Of a stretch of 64,000 nucleotides of DNA, positions 21,667-31,722 are shown one piece after another; positions within the stretch are counted from its first letter, which is position 1, and every line of letters starts with the position of its first letter. Made by a program: the position numbers and the translations under genes. The stretch is from an uncultured Acidaminococcales bacterium (lineage in GTDB: Bacteria; Bacillota; Negativicutes; Acidaminococcales; JAISLQ01). The notes below the pieces were generated by a model. The model saw only the letters and a list, made by a program, of their open reading frames with translations, ran no database searches and was not told the origin of the DNA. Location: contig CAZKFG010000002.1 in assembly GCA_964551985.1 (NCBI GenBank), forward strand, positions 2,845 through 66,844, read 5' to 3'.

Positions 21667-22543
21667 AGCCTTCTTCCGCCATTAATATTATGCGATCTAA
21701 ACCTGCATAATCACAAATTACTTTATTGTTTGAAAAACCATAATCATTTGCCAAACGCAAAACATCTTGTGCCTGTTCACTGCCGATTTCCAACAAAACA
21801 AGATAGTTATCTGTCAAAAAGCTTTTGGCATTTTTAATGATAACTTTATAAAAATCAAGTCCATCTATCCCGCCATCTAAGGCTAGTTTTGGCTCTATCT
21901 GTACTTCTTTTGCCAAGGTATCTATTATTTTTGTCGGAATATATGGGGGATTAGAAACAATCAAATTGAATTTTTGTCCTGCAATTTTGCTTGCAAAATA
22001 ATCTCTCATATCTGCTTGTTTGAAAGCTACCCTATCTGATAGAGAAAATTTTTCGGCATTTATCATAGCTCTATTTAAAGCAAGTTCACTCACATCTATT
22101 GCCAACGCTTTTACTTCTGGACAATTATAGGCTATAGATAAAGCCAATGCACCGCTACCTGTTCCTACATCTAAAATACTTAAAGCATCATTTTGTTTGC
22201 AATATTTAATTGCAAGTTCTGCTAACAACTCTGTTTCAGGTCTTGGTATTAAGACATTGTTATCAACGGTAAATGCCATATTTAAAAAGTGTTTCTCAGC
22301 AATTATGTAAGCTACTGGTTCACCTTTTACGCGCCTTATTACAAACTGGCGATAAACATCCAGTTCATTTTTTTGCAAAGGTTGGTCAAAATGAACATAC
22401 AAATGCAATCTATCCTTATTTAAAACATGGCAAAGCAGTATTTCTGCATCAAGTCTTGCCGTAGAAATAGCATACTTACTGAAATACTGCTTTGTTTGAT
22501 TGATAATTTCCCCGATTGTCCAACTTTTCTCTTGGGTACTCAT
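21629..22543 (-). CDS. prmC: Release-factor glutamine N5-methyltransferase PrmC (HemK)
   Basis: SAM motif ILDVGTGSGALAL and catalytic VSNPPYIP. Follows prfA. Confidence 0.92.
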   Translation of the reverse strand: MSTQEKSWTIGEIINQTKQYFSKYAISTARLDAEILLCHVLNKDRLHLYVHFDQPLQKNELDVYRQFVIRRVKGEPVAYIIAEKHFLNMAFTVDNNVLIPRPETELLAELAIKYCKQNDALSILDVGTGSGALALSIAYNCPEVKALAIDVSELALNRAMINAEKFSLSDRVAFKQADMRDYFASKIAGQKFNLIVSNPPYIPTKIIDTLAKEVQIEPKLALDGGIDGLDFYKVIIKNAKSFLTDNYLVLLEIGSEQAQDVLRLANDYGFSNNKVICDYAGLDRIILMAEEGFEVEEFLLAAKK

Positions 22544-22545
22544 TT

Positions 22546-23613
22546 TTACTCCATTTGTTTTAGTTTTTCACTTTGTTCTACTGCTATCAAAGCATCTATC
22601 AATTCTTGTATCTCGCCATTTAATACAGCCTCTAATTTATGCAGCGTCAGCCCTATACGATGATCAGTAACCCTACCTTGAGGATAATTATATGTTCTTA
22701 TTCTCTCGTTACGGTTACCTGTACCAACTTGACTTTTTCTGTCTTGTGCCGCTTGAGCCGTCTGTTCTTGTTGAGCGACTTCCAGTAGTTTTGCCCTCAG
22801 TACTCGCATACATTTTTCTCTATTTTGTAATTGAGATTTTTCATCTTGGCACTGCACAACTATTCCTGTTGGCAAATGAGTTATTCTAACTGCCGATTCC
22901 GTTTTATTAACGTGCTGACCACCTGCGCCAGAGGCGCAATATGTATCTATACGTAAATCGTTATTATTTACTTGAACATCAACTTCCTCAGCTTCTGGAA
23001 GAACTGCGACAGTTACTGTAGATGTGTGTATGCGTCCGCTAGATTCTGTCTCCGGCACACGTTGCACACGATGTACACCGCTTTCAAACTTCAATTTACT
23101 GTAAACTCCATCGCCACAAATCATAACAACAACTTCTTTAAATCCACCAAGACCTGTAGGATTAGAATCAAGCATCTCAACTCGCCAGCCTTGAGCTTCA
23201 GCATAGCGAATATATGTGCGAATAAGCACACCTGCAAACAATGCTGCTTCATCGCCTCCCGCACCACCACGAATTTCTAAAATAACATTTTTATCATCAT
23301 TTTCATCGCGTGGCAATAGCAAAATCTTGAGTGCTTCTTCAAGCTCAACTATTTGTTTTTTACTAGAATGAAGTTCTCCTTTAGCAAGCTCTAACATTTC
23401 GGCATCCGTCTCTTCTTCTAATAAACTTTGAGCCTCACTCAAATTATTTAATGCCGCTTTATATTGACGAAATTTTTCTACTACTTCAGATAATTTTGAA
23501 TGTGCCTTAGTATATTTTTGCCATTCATCTTGCCTTGCTATAACATCAGGGTCACTAATCTTATGTTCTAGATCAAGATATCTATCTTCAACAGCCTGTA
23601 ATTTATCTAACAT
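22546..23613 (-). CDS. prfA: Peptide chain release factor 1
   Basis: GGQ motif [26 protein letters not shown]-type recognition region [10 protein letters not shown]. Confidence 0.96.
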   Translation of the reverse strand: MLDKLQAVEDRYLDLEHKISDPDVIARQDEWQKYTKAHSKLSEVVEKFRQYKAALNNLSEAQSLLEEETDAEMLELAKGELHSSKKQIVELEEALKILLLPRDENDDKNVILEIRGGAGGDEAALFAGVLIRTYIRYAEAQGWRVEMLDSNPTGLGGFKEVVVMICGDGVYSKLKFESGVHRVQRVPETESSGRIHTSTVTVAVLPEAEEVDVQVNNNDLRIDTYCASGAGGQHVNKTESAVRITHLPTGIVVQCQDEKSQLQNREKCMRVLRAKLLEVAQQEQTAQAAQDRKSQVGTGNRNERIRTYNYPQGRVTDHRIGLTLHKLEAVLNGEIQELIDALIAVEQSEKLKQME

Positions 23614-23623
23614 CTTCTACCTC

Positions 23624-24511
23624 TTACGTCAGTTGTATTTTATCTTTTGTTGTATCTTCAGCTAATACAGCTTGCAGTGCTTCTACCGCGACTTGTATTT
23701 GTTCATCTGACGGCTCTCTTGTTGTGAGCTTTTGCAAAAGTAATCCTGGTAAAATAATTATTTTAACAAGATTATTTTTAAAATGATTACCAGCATAGCG
23801 TATCACTTCATAACTTATGCCTGCAACAAGTGGCATCAAAACAATTCTTGATATAATTCTCTCAGTCAAGCTCGGCCAACCTAAAAAAGCAAATATAAAA
23901 ATGCTTATAACCATAACAATTAATAAAAAGTTTGTTCCACATCTAGGGTGCAAAGTACTAAAGCCCCTTATATTTTCAGGCGTAAGCTCAACACCAGCTT
24001 CATAAGCGTGAATAGTTTTATGTTCGGCACCATGATATTGGAAAACCCTTTGTATGTCTTTAAGCATTGATATTCCTGAAACATACAGCAAAAAGATAGT
24101 TAATCTAAATCCACCTTCTGCCATATTTAGCAAAAATGGGTCTTTTATATTATCTGCCAAAAATTTAGTCGCATAAGTAGGCAAGGCAATAAACAGCCCT
24201 ATTGCCAAACAAATAGAAAAAATCATTGTCAAAACTATTTCTTTTGTAGTTAGTTCTTCATCTTCTTGACCAGCCGCTTGAGCTGACCAAGACAGTTCGC
24301 GCATACCATAAACTAAAGACTCTAATAATGCTACAAACCCTCTAATGATAGGTTTTTTCAAAAGCGGATAACGATTAGAAATTGTTGTAAACGGTTTTTT
24401 ATTGATAATTATTTGTCCATCAGCCTTGCGAACAGCAGTAGCCAGACCCAAAGGACCTCGCATCATAACACCTTCGATAACTGCCTGTCCACCAATAACT
24501 GGCTTATTCAT
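23624..24511 (-). CDS. DUF1385-family membrane protein (YqhQ-like)
   Basis: IGGQAVIEGVMMRGP and YHGAEHKTIHAYE. Located in the usual clostridial position between rpmE and prfA. Confidence 0.8.
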   Translation of the reverse strand: MNKPVIGGQAVIEGVMMRGPLGLATAVRKADGQIIINKKPFTTISNRYPLLKKPIIRGFVALLESLVYGMRELSWSAQAAGQEDEELTTKEIVLTMIFSICLAIGLFIALPTYATKFLADNIKDPFLLNMAEGGFRLTIFLLYVSGISMLKDIQRVFQYHGAEHKTIHAYEAGVELTPENIRGFSTLHPRCGTNFLLIVMVISIFIFAFLGWPSLTERIISRIVLMPLVAGISYEVIRYAGNHFKNNLVKIIILPGLLLQKLTTREPSDEQIQVAVEALQAVLAEDTTKDKIQLT

Positions 24512-24531
24512 AAGTCCTCCTATATAAACAA

Positions 24532-24551
24532 AGCAGAGCTATCGCTCTGCT
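24532..24551 (-). terminator. Rho-independent terminator after rpmE
   Basis: AGCAGAGC-tatc-GCTCTGCT followed in the minus orientation by TTGTTTAT. Lies 14 nt after the rpmE stop. Confidence 0.7.
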
Positions 24552-24564
24552 GGGTTTACATGTT

Positions 24565-24768
24565 TTATACATTTTCACCATAACGTTTTTTGAATTTTTC
24601 AATACGACCACGCGCAGTCACATTACGCTGTTGACCCGTAAAAAACGGATGACATTTTGAACAAACATCTACACGTAATTCTTTTTGCACAGAGCCTGTC
24701 ATAAAAGTATTGCCACAAGCACAAATTGCTTTTGCTTGAACAAAATTAGGATGAATTTTTTCTTTCAC
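24565..24768 (-). CDS. rpmE: 50S ribosomal protein L31 (Zn-ribbon type A)
   Basis: MKEKIHPNF...CACGN...CSKCHPFFTGQQ. GTG start preceded by AGAGGTG plus 7 nt. Confidence 0.95.
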   Translation of the reverse strand: MKEKIHPNFVQAKAICACGNTFMTGSVQKELRVDVCSKCHPFFTGQQRNVTARGRIEKFKKRYGENV

Positions 24769-24823
24769 TTCCCAGCACCTCTTTCTAACATATCACGCAT
24801 CATTTCCAACGATACGCTCAATT

Positions 24824-24852
24824 ATTATATCATATTAATTTTCAAATTGCAA
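24824..24852 (-). promoter_or_regulatory. Putative sigma-70-type promoter for rpmE
   Basis: Minus strand TTGCAA-17 nt-TATAAT, immediately after the pth stop and about 55 nt upstream of the rpmE start. Confidence 0.5.
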
Positions 24853-24855
24853 CAT

Positions 24856-25410
24856 TTAATTATATTCATTCATTGTTGCAGCAATTCCTCTATCCAACCA
24901 GAATTTCAATGCCTCTTGTGTCTTAGCAATTGCATCTTCTATAAGAATGCTTTCATCTTTAGAAAATTTTTCTAAAACATGGCTTATAACTTGTTTGTGT
25001 TCATTTTGCGGATGACCAATCCCTATCTTAAAGCGGTTAAATTCTTGTGTTCCCAAGTGTTCAATAATAGATTTTATTCCATTATGACCGCCAGCAGAAC
25101 CCTTTTTCCTTATACGAATTTTCCCACAAGGTAAATCCAAGTCATCTTGGACAACAGCTATATCTTCTGAATTTATCTTATAGTATTCGCTAAAAAAACC
25201 TACTGCTATACCACTTAAATTCATATAAGTTTTAGGTTTTATAATCAATAGCTTATGTGGTTGATAAATTTGACAAAAATAAGCATTTTTATCTTCCTGC
25301 CAACTGCTAGAGAAAGATTTTACCAAATCATCCGCTACCATAAAACCAATATTATGACGTGTCTTTTCGTATTGCTTACCTATGTTCCCAAGTCCTACAA
25401 TTAATTTCAT
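24856..25410 (-). CDS. pth: Peptidyl-tRNA hydrolase
   Basis: MKLIVGLGNIGKQYEKTRHNIGF and GHNGIKSI. Start set at the conserved MKLIVGLGN (25410). The track's TTG extension begins right at the prs stop. Confidence 0.93.
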   Translation of the reverse strand: MKLIVGLGNIGKQYEKTRHNIGFMVADDLVKSFSSSWQEDKNAYFCQIYQPHKLLIIKPKTYMNLSGIAVGFFSEYYKINSEDIAVVQDDLDLPCGKIRIRKKGSAGGHNGIKSIIEHLGTQEFNRFKIGIGHPQNEHKQVISHVLEKFSKDESILIEDAIAKTQEALKFWLDRGIAATMNEYN

Positions 25411-25425
25411 TATACTAAACCACAA

Positions 25426-26385
25426 TCAAATGTTAAAAAGTTGACTAACTGACATTTCGTTATAAATACGCAAAATCGCCTCGCCCAAAATCGGCGCAAC
25501 AGATAATACTTTTATTTTTTCGCTTTGTTTATCTGGCGTAAGCGGAATAGTGTTTGTCACAACAAGCTCTTTTATAGGAGACTTTTCTATTCTTGCGATC
25601 GCCGGATGAGTTAAGATAGCATGTGTACAGCAAGCATAAACTTCTTTAGAACCAAATTTAACCAAAGCATTAGCAGCTTCTGCCAACGAACCTGCTGTAT
25701 CGACCATATCATCAATCAAAACAGCAGTTTTACCCTTAATATCGCCAATTAAATTCATAACTTCAGCAACACCAGGCTCTGGTCGACGTTTTTCTATTAT
25801 AGCAATATCACAATGCAATCTATCAGCTAGACTTCTCGCCCTTGTTACACCACCTAAATCAGGTGATACGACAACCAAATCGTCTAGTTTTTTGCTTCTA
25901 ATATAATCTGCTAAAAGTGGAACCCCTGGCAAATGGTCAACAGGAATATCAAAAAAACCTTGAATTTGCCCTGCATGCAAGTCCATTGTAACAACCCTTG
26001 TAACACCGGCAGTATAAAGTAGATTTGCCACTAGTTTTGCCGAAATAGGCTCACGACCTCTTGTTTTTCTATCTTGTCTGGCATAAGCATAATAAGGAAT
26101 AACAGCCGTAATATGCTTAGCAGAAGCGCGCTTGAACGCATCTGCCATAATGAGTAATTCCATAAGATTTTCATTTACAGGCTGACTTGTAGATTGCAGT
26201 ATGAAAACTTCTTTACCGCGTACACTCTCTTCAATAATTACTTGTATCTCGCCATTATTAAATTTACCTACCTTAGCCTCACCTATCGCCGCACCTAAAT
26301 AAGACGCTATTTCTTGTGCTAAAGAAAGATTAGCAGAACCTGAAAAAATACGCAACCTTTTATTTTCATCCGCAAGCATTAACAT
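25426..26385 (-). CDS. prs: Ribose-phosphate pyrophosphokinase
   Basis: YARQDRK, PRPP loop [13 protein letters not shown]. An alternative start lies 2 codons in, at 26379. Confidence 0.96.
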   Translation of the reverse strand: MLMLADENKRLRIFSGSANLSLAQEIASYLGAAIGEAKVGKFNNGEIQVIIEESVRGKEVFILQSTSQPVNENLMELLIMADAFKRASAKHITAVIPYYAYARQDRKTRGREPISAKLVANLLYTAGVTRVVTMDLHAGQIQGFFDIPVDHLPGVPLLADYIRSKKLDDLVVVSPDLGGVTRARSLADRLHCDIAIIEKRRPEPGVAEVMNLIGDIKGKTAVLIDDMVDTAGSLAEAANALVKFGSKEVYACCTHAILTHPAIARIEKSPIKELVVTNTIPLTPDKQSEKIKVLSVAPILGEAILRIYNEMSVSQLFNI

Positions 26386-26428
26386 ATACCTCCAAAAAAT
26401 TCTCTTTTAATTAACACATATCTTTATA

Positions 26429-27787
26429 CTACTTTTTGTTCCAATTTTCAATATTTTTTTGTCTTTGCCTTGCGACTGCCAAAGAATTCTCTGGAACATC
26501 TTTTGTTATGGTAGAACCTGCAGCGACATAGGAATTTTCATGTAATTCAACAGGAGCAACAAGATTAGAATTGCAACCAACAAAAACACCATCATTTATT
26601 TTAGTACGATGCTTTTTCTCACCATCATAATTTACAGTTATTGTACCACAACCTATATTTACATGCTCACCGACATCCGCATCACCAATATAAGATAAAT
26701 GCGGCAATTTGCTGGCTCGTCCTATCCAAGAATTTTTAACCTCAACAAAATTACCCACTTTAACTTCATCAGCAATTCTAGTACCAGGTCTTAAATGAAC
26801 ATACGGACCAACATTAACACTTTTACCAACAATAGCATCATGCGCATAGGCAAAATGAATATTACAATCATCGCCAACACTAACGTTAGTCAGTCTCGTA
26901 TTGGGGCCTATAATACAATTTTGACCAATAACGGTATCTGCTTCAAGCAAAGTATTTGGATAAATTATACTATCTTGACCAATGCTAACACTAGCATCAA
27001 TGTATGTAGTATCAATATCTATAATTGTCACGCCTTGCTCCATAAGATTATGATTTATCTTTTTGCGCAACCATTTTTCTGCCTGCGCTAGCTGAACTCT
27101 TGAATTTATACCCATAACAGTATCAGGGTCAGATACAATCAAAGCACCTACTTTATGACCTTGTCCGACAAGTTTATCTATTACATCAGTTAAATAATAT
27201 TCTCCTTGTGCATTATTGCAATCAATACTGCTTAAAGCTTCAAATAAAGCTTGTTTTTCTATACAGTAAATACCAGTATTTATCTCTTTTATATCAAGCT
27301 CTTTAACATTTGCATCTTTTTGCTCAACTATTTTCAAAACCTGTCCACTATCAGATCGAACAATGCGTCCATAACCTGTAGCATCATCCATAACAGCAGT
27401 TAAAATTGTTGCTATGTTGCCAAGCTCTGTATGATGTTCATAAAAACGGCGCAACTGTCTGCCATCTAAAAGCGGAGTATCTCCACACAAAATCATTACA
27501 GTACCGGAAAAATCATTAAGCAATTCTTTTGCTTGCATAACAGCGTGACCGGTTCCCAGCTGCTCTTTTTGCAAAGCTATTTGTGCAATATCTTCAATGA
27601 CAGGTGTCACTTTTTCGGCACCGAATCCTAAAACAACTATATTTTTATCACATCCTGCCACTTGCGCTGCATCAAGAACATGCAAAAGCATTGGTTTTCC
27701 AGCAACACAATGCAAAACTTTCGGTAAATCCGATTTCATTCTCGTACCCTTGCCAGCTGCCAAAACAACAGACACTAAATCCGACAT
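26429..27787 (-). CDS. glmU: Bifunctional GlcNAc-1-P uridyltransferase / GlcN-1-P acetyltransferase GlmU
   Basis: VVLAAGKGTRMKSDLPKVLH at the N-terminus. C-terminal left-handed beta-helix hexapeptide repeats. Confidence 0.96.
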   Translation of the reverse strand: MSDLVSVVLAAGKGTRMKSDLPKVLHCVAGKPMLLHVLDAAQVAGCDKNIVVLGFGAEKVTPVIEDIAQIALQKEQLGTGHAVMQAKELLNDFSGTVMILCGDTPLLDGRQLRRFYEHHTELGNIATILTAVMDDATGYGRIVRSDSGQVLKIVEQKDANVKELDIKEINTGIYCIEKQALFEALSSIDCNNAQGEYYLTDVIDKLVGQGHKVGALIVSDPDTVMGINSRVQLAQAEKWLRKKINHNLMEQGVTIIDIDTTYIDASVSIGQDSIIYPNTLLEADTVIGQNCIIGPNTRLTNVSVGDDCNIHFAYAHDAIVGKSVNVGPYVHLRPGTRIADEVKVGNFVEVKNSWIGRASKLPHLSYIGDADVGEHVNIGCGTITVNYDGEKKHRTKINDGVFVGCNSNLVAPVELHENSYVAAGSTITKDVPENSLAVARQRQKNIENWNKK

Positions 27788-27802
27788 AAAGCCCCTCCTA
27801 AA

Positions 27803-29020
27803 TCAACTAACCTCAACTTTATAGCCAGCTTGTCTTAAAGCGGCTACAACTACTTCTGCATGTTTGCTATCACGTGTTTCCAAATCTATCTCTACATTTG
27901 TATGCCCTATTGGCAAATTGTGTCCCGCATGTTCATGATATATATATACAATGTTTGCTTGATGCTCTGCTATAGTTGTTATAAATTTACGTAATTCACC
28001 TGGTCTATCCACAAGATTTGTAGTCAATTTCACTCTACGTCCTGCTTTTAATAGTCCATTTTCAATAATTCTTGACACAAAGTTTATGTCAATATTACCA
28101 CCAGATAATACTGTCGCGACTTTATTATGATGTGGAATACAGTTGTGTAATATCGCTGTAAGTCCAACAGCACCAGCACCTTCAACAACTAGCTTACTAC
28201 GTTCTAACAACAACAAAATCGTTGCCGCAATGTCCTCATCTTTTACAACAAAAACATCATCAACATAACGTTGAATATGTTTAAAGGTATTATCGCCCGG
28301 TTTTTTAACAGCTATACCATCTGCCAAAGTATAAGCTTGAGCTGTTTCTATTGGTTTACCAGCATTACGCGATAAATACATAGAAGGCGCACCACTTGCT
28401 TGTACACCATAAACTTTTATATGTGGAGCAACACTTTTAATTGCTGTTGCAATACCAGCAATAAGTCCGCCTCCACCAATAGGAACGACAATAGCCTCTA
28501 AATTAGGTTGTTGTCTTATCATCTCTAAACCAACAGTACCTTGTCCTGCAATAACATCCAAATCATCAAAAGCATGAACAAATGTATAGCCATACTCTTT
28601 TTGCAGCCTTAGTGCTTCTTCATATGATTCATCATAAACAGTACCACACTGAACAACTTCAGCACCATAACCTCTTGTTGCTGCCACCTTCGGTAGTGGC
28701 GCAATCTCAGGCATTACAATAGTTGATTTAACACCAGCAGCAGTTGCTCCAAGCGCCACCCCTTGAGCATGGTTACCTGCAGATGCTGCAATAACTCCTC
28801 GAGAACGTGCCTCTTCACTCATAGCCTGGATACAATTGTATGCACCACGAATTTTAAACGAACCTGTTCTTTGCAAGTTTTCAAGTTTTAAATACACGCC
28901 ACTGCCTGAAGATTTGCTAAAAGTATTGTTGTACTCTAGCGGAGTTTCTTTTGCCACATCTTTTAGCCTTTCAGCTGCAATCTTTATGTCTTCAAGCGAT
29001 ACAAAATCTCTTTTTTTCAT
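27803..29020 (-). CDS. ilvA: Threonine ammonia-lyase (threonine dehydratase) with one C-terminal regulatory ACT-like domain
   Basis: PLP-lysine motif LQRTGSFKIRGA, GNHAQGVA, GGGGLIAG. 405 aa. Confidence 0.9.
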   Translation of the reverse strand: MKKRDFVSLEDIKIAAERLKDVAKETPLEYNNTFSKSSGSGVYLKLENLQRTGSFKIRGAYNCIQAMSEEARSRGVIAASAGNHAQGVALGATAAGVKSTIVMPEIAPLPKVAATRGYGAEVVQCGTVYDESYEEALRLQKEYGYTFVHAFDDLDVIAGQGTVGLEMIRQQPNLEAIVVPIGGGGLIAGIATAIKSVAPHIKVYGVQASGAPSMYLSRNAGKPIETAQAYTLADGIAVKKPGDNTFKHIQRYVDDVFVVKDEDIAATILLLLERSKLVVEGAGAVGLTAILHNCIPHHNKVATVLSGGNIDINFVSRIIENGLLKAGRRVKLTTNLVDRPGELRKFITTIAEHQANIVYIYHEHAGHNLPIGHTNVEIDLETRDSKHAEVVVAALRQAGYKVEVS

Positions 29021-29037
29021 TGTTTTCTCCTAAAATA

Positions 29038-29727
29038 TCAATTTTGGCGTGCCTCTTGAATTGCTCTAAGTAAAGTCTTCTCTGCATTACTCATATGTTC
29101 ATATGCTCTTTTACGTGCAAGTTCTACGTCCCTTTTAGCAATACTTTCAACTAATAGCTCATGTTCGATAATAGTATCTTTTATACGATCACGAAAATTC
29201 ATTGTCGTAACTCTAAGTCTTGTAAGTTGTTCACGCAAATTACTTATAATCCCAAACAATCTATCATTTTTGCTCGCTTTATACAAGACTTCATGAAATG
29301 CCCAATCATATTCACCTATTTTTTCCATATCAGCACTTTCAACAACTTCTTTAATATCAGATAGCTTTCTTTTTAGCAAAGCAAGTTCCTCATCAGTAAT
29401 TCTCTTTGCCGCAAGCCCTGCCGCCAAAACATCAAGTGCCATTCTTATTTCATAAACATCAGTAACATCTTTAATAGAAATATCCGCAACATAAGTACCA
29501 CGTCTTGGCAACATTTCTACAAAGCCTTCTTGTTCTAATTTTCTTATCGCCTCACGAACAGGAGTCCTACTAACACCAAGCTCTTCAGCGAGTTGAATTT
29601 CCATAAGCCTCTCACCTGGTTTTAAAATTCCACCAATAATCGCTGTACGCAAAGCTTCACAGACAACATCTCTAAGCGGTCTATAAGTATCTAAATCCAC
29701 TGGTAGCAACCGATAATTACTCATCAT
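29038..29727 (-). CDS. GntR-family transcriptional regulator (FadR/FCD subfamily)
   Basis: wHTH LAEELGVSRTPVREAIRKLEQEGFV plus a helical FCD-like C-terminus. Start set at MMSNY (29727), preceded by AAGGAGG plus 7 nt. Confidence 0.85.
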   Translation of the reverse strand: MMSNYRLLPVDLDTYRPLRDVVCEALRTAIIGGILKPGERLMEIQLAEELGVSRTPVREAIRKLEQEGFVEMLPRRGTYVADISIKDVTDVYEIRMALDVLAAGLAAKRITDEELALLKRKLSDIKEVVESADMEKIGEYDWAFHEVLYKASKNDRLFGIISNLREQLTRLRVTTMNFRDRIKDTIIEHELLVESIAKRDVELARKRAYEHMSNAEKTLLRAIQEARQN

Positions 29728-30580
29728 AATTAGCCCTCCTTGTTTTTGCAAGCCATGCTCTAACATTGATAGATTGTTTTATATGATTTAAAACAGCATT
29801 TGCACAAATCTCATCATCTACAACAGCAAATACTGTAGGTCCGCTACCAGACATCAAGCAGCCTCTTACACCAAAATTCATCATTACATCTTTAATTTGT
29901 TTTATTATTGAATACTCTTTTATTGTAACACTCTCTAAAGCATTATACAAATTAGTGCAAATAAAATCTTTATCCGAATGCTCAATCGCCTTTATCATAT
30001 CAGCAATATTTGCAGCATCACCTAGTTTTGCTCTAGCGTAATTATCATAAACCCATTTAGTCGAAACTTCAAAAAAAGGATTTACAATAACCAAATTAAG
30101 TTTAGGGCAATCTTTTAAATATTTTATTTTCTCGCCTCGCCCTGTCGCCTGAGCCGTACCGCCTCGAATACAAAATGGAACATCAGAGCCAAGAGAAGCC
30201 GCCAAATTTTCTAACTTTAAAAAATCCAAATTCAAATTCCATAGCTCGTTTAAGCCTCGCATAACCGCTCCCGCATCAGCACTGCCACCAGCAAGCCCTG
30301 CCGCCAGCGGAATTTTCTTTTCAATTGTTATACTGACATCAGGCTGCAATTTAGCATAATCTGCCATCATCAATGCCGCTTTATAAGCAATATTACGCTC
30401 ATCATTTGGCAAATCTGCGCCTATTGTTTGAACAGTTAATTTATTCGCTTTTTTTATTCTTATAGTATCCGCTAAATCAATCGTTTGCATTATCATATTA
30501 ACTTCATGATAGCCATCGGCTCTTTTATGTAAAACATCCAGAGCTAAATTGATTTTCGCATAGGCTTTTTGTGTAAGCAA
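29717..30580 (-). CDS. ispE: 4-diphosphocytidyl-2-C-methyl-D-erythritol kinase
   Basis: AYAKINLALDVL, GHMP-kinase motif PLAAGLAGGSADAGA, MSGSGPTVFA. TTG start. Confidence 0.93.
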   Translation of the reverse strand: MLTQKAYAKINLALDVLHKRADGYHEVNMIMQTIDLADTIRIKKANKLTVQTIGADLPNDERNIAYKAALMMADYAKLQPDVSITIEKKIPLAAGLAGGSADAGAVMRGLNELWNLNLDFLKLENLAASLGSDVPFCIRGGTAQATGRGEKIKYLKDCPKLNLVIVNPFFEVSTKWVYDNYARAKLGDAANIADMIKAIEHSDKDFICTNLYNALESVTIKEYSIIKQIKDVMMNFGVRGCLMSGSGPTVFAVVDDEICANAVLNHIKQSINVRAWLAKTRRANYDE

Positions 30581-30732
30581 AAACTTTTCTCCTTTATAGT
30601 GAATACAAAATTATGTTTATATTTTATACTGCTTGCAAAGCATAAGCAAGATTTTTAACATTAAAAATATTTTTTTCTAGTAAATATTATGCTATCATTG
30701 AAAATATAAGTGTAAAAGTTTGGAGGTTAATT

Positions 30733-31719
30733 ATGGCAAACTCAATAAAAAAACGCTATGCTATGGTTACACTAGGCGCAACAATATGTGGTGCTAGCAT
30801 AGATGCTTTTTATGTTCCAAATGGGATGCTAAGTGGTGGTTTAAGTGGTATTTCAATGATTTTGTACTACCTTTTTAATTTTCCTATAGGTATAACAAGC
30901 ATAATCTTCAATATCCCGCTTTTTTTCTTTGCTTACAGATTAATGGATAAAAATTACATGCTTTTATCACTATATGGGATGTTTATTTTTTCTTTTTCCA
31001 TTGACGGCTTTTTATTTTTAGCCAAACTAAATCTGACAAACGACCTATTAATTGCTGCATTATGTGGTGGTCTTGGAAACGGAATCGGTGCTGGGATTAT
31101 GTACAGAGCAAATGGAGGTTCTGGCGGTACAGATACAATCGGCGCTATTTTAAATAAATTTTATGGAGTGAGCATTGGTTCAGTCGGTCTTGCTTTAAAC
31201 ACAATGGTAACAATAGCAAATATATTTTTATTTGGCATACAACCTGCCGTATACACTTTTATCAGTATGTATATATCCGCTTTTACAACAGATAAAACCA
31301 CTGCCGGTTTTGATAATAAGAAAAGCTTATTTATAATTTCATCAAAGTATTATGAAATAACTGAAGACATTTTTAAAGAAGTAGGACGTGGCGCAACCTT
31401 TTTATTCGCCGAAGGAGCATACACTCACAAGCAAAGCAAAATAGTCTTTGTCGTAATTAAACTCACACAAATAGCTAAAATAAAAAGTATTGTACAAAAA
31501 CACGACCCACAAGCATTTATGATAATTCAAGAAGCAACAGAAGTTATGGGTAAGGGATTTACGCTAAAAAGCGACCAACAACTGCAAAAAGAATTTGCTC
31601 TGCAAAAAAAGAAGGATAGATTAAAAAATATTGCCCGCATACACAGGCAAAGACATCAAAAACTACTAGACGAACAAATTAACCATTTTGACAAAGATTT
31701 TCCGTTTAAAGGAGAATAA
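30733..31719 (+). CDS. YitT-family (DUF2179) integral membrane protein
   Basis: Polytopic N-terminal region with ANGGSGGTDTIG, and a DUF2179-like C-terminal domain (GATFLFAEGAYT...FMIIQEATEVMG). GGAGG RBS. Confidence 0.8.
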   Translation: MANSIKKRYAMVTLGATICGASIDAFYVPNGMLSGGLSGISMILYYLFNFPIGITSIIFNIPLFFFAYRLMDKNYMLLSLYGMFIFSFSIDGFLFLAKLNLTNDLLIAALCGGLGNGIGAGIMYRANGGSGGTDTIGAILNKFYGVSIGSVGLALNTMVTIANIFLFGIQPAVYTFISMYISAFTTDKTTAGFDNKKSLFIISSKYYEITEDIFKEVGRGATFLFAEGAYTHKQSKIVFVVIKLTQIAKIKSIVQKHDPQAFMIIQEATEVMGKGFTLKSDQQLQKEFALQKKKDRLKNIARIHRQRHQKLLDEQINHFDKDFPFKGE

Positions 31720-31722
31720 TAT

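Noticed and set aside
22546-23613. Programmed +1 frameshift as in release-factor genes
   Set aside because: This is prfA (RF1, PET-type), which is not frameshift-regulated, and the frame is continuous.
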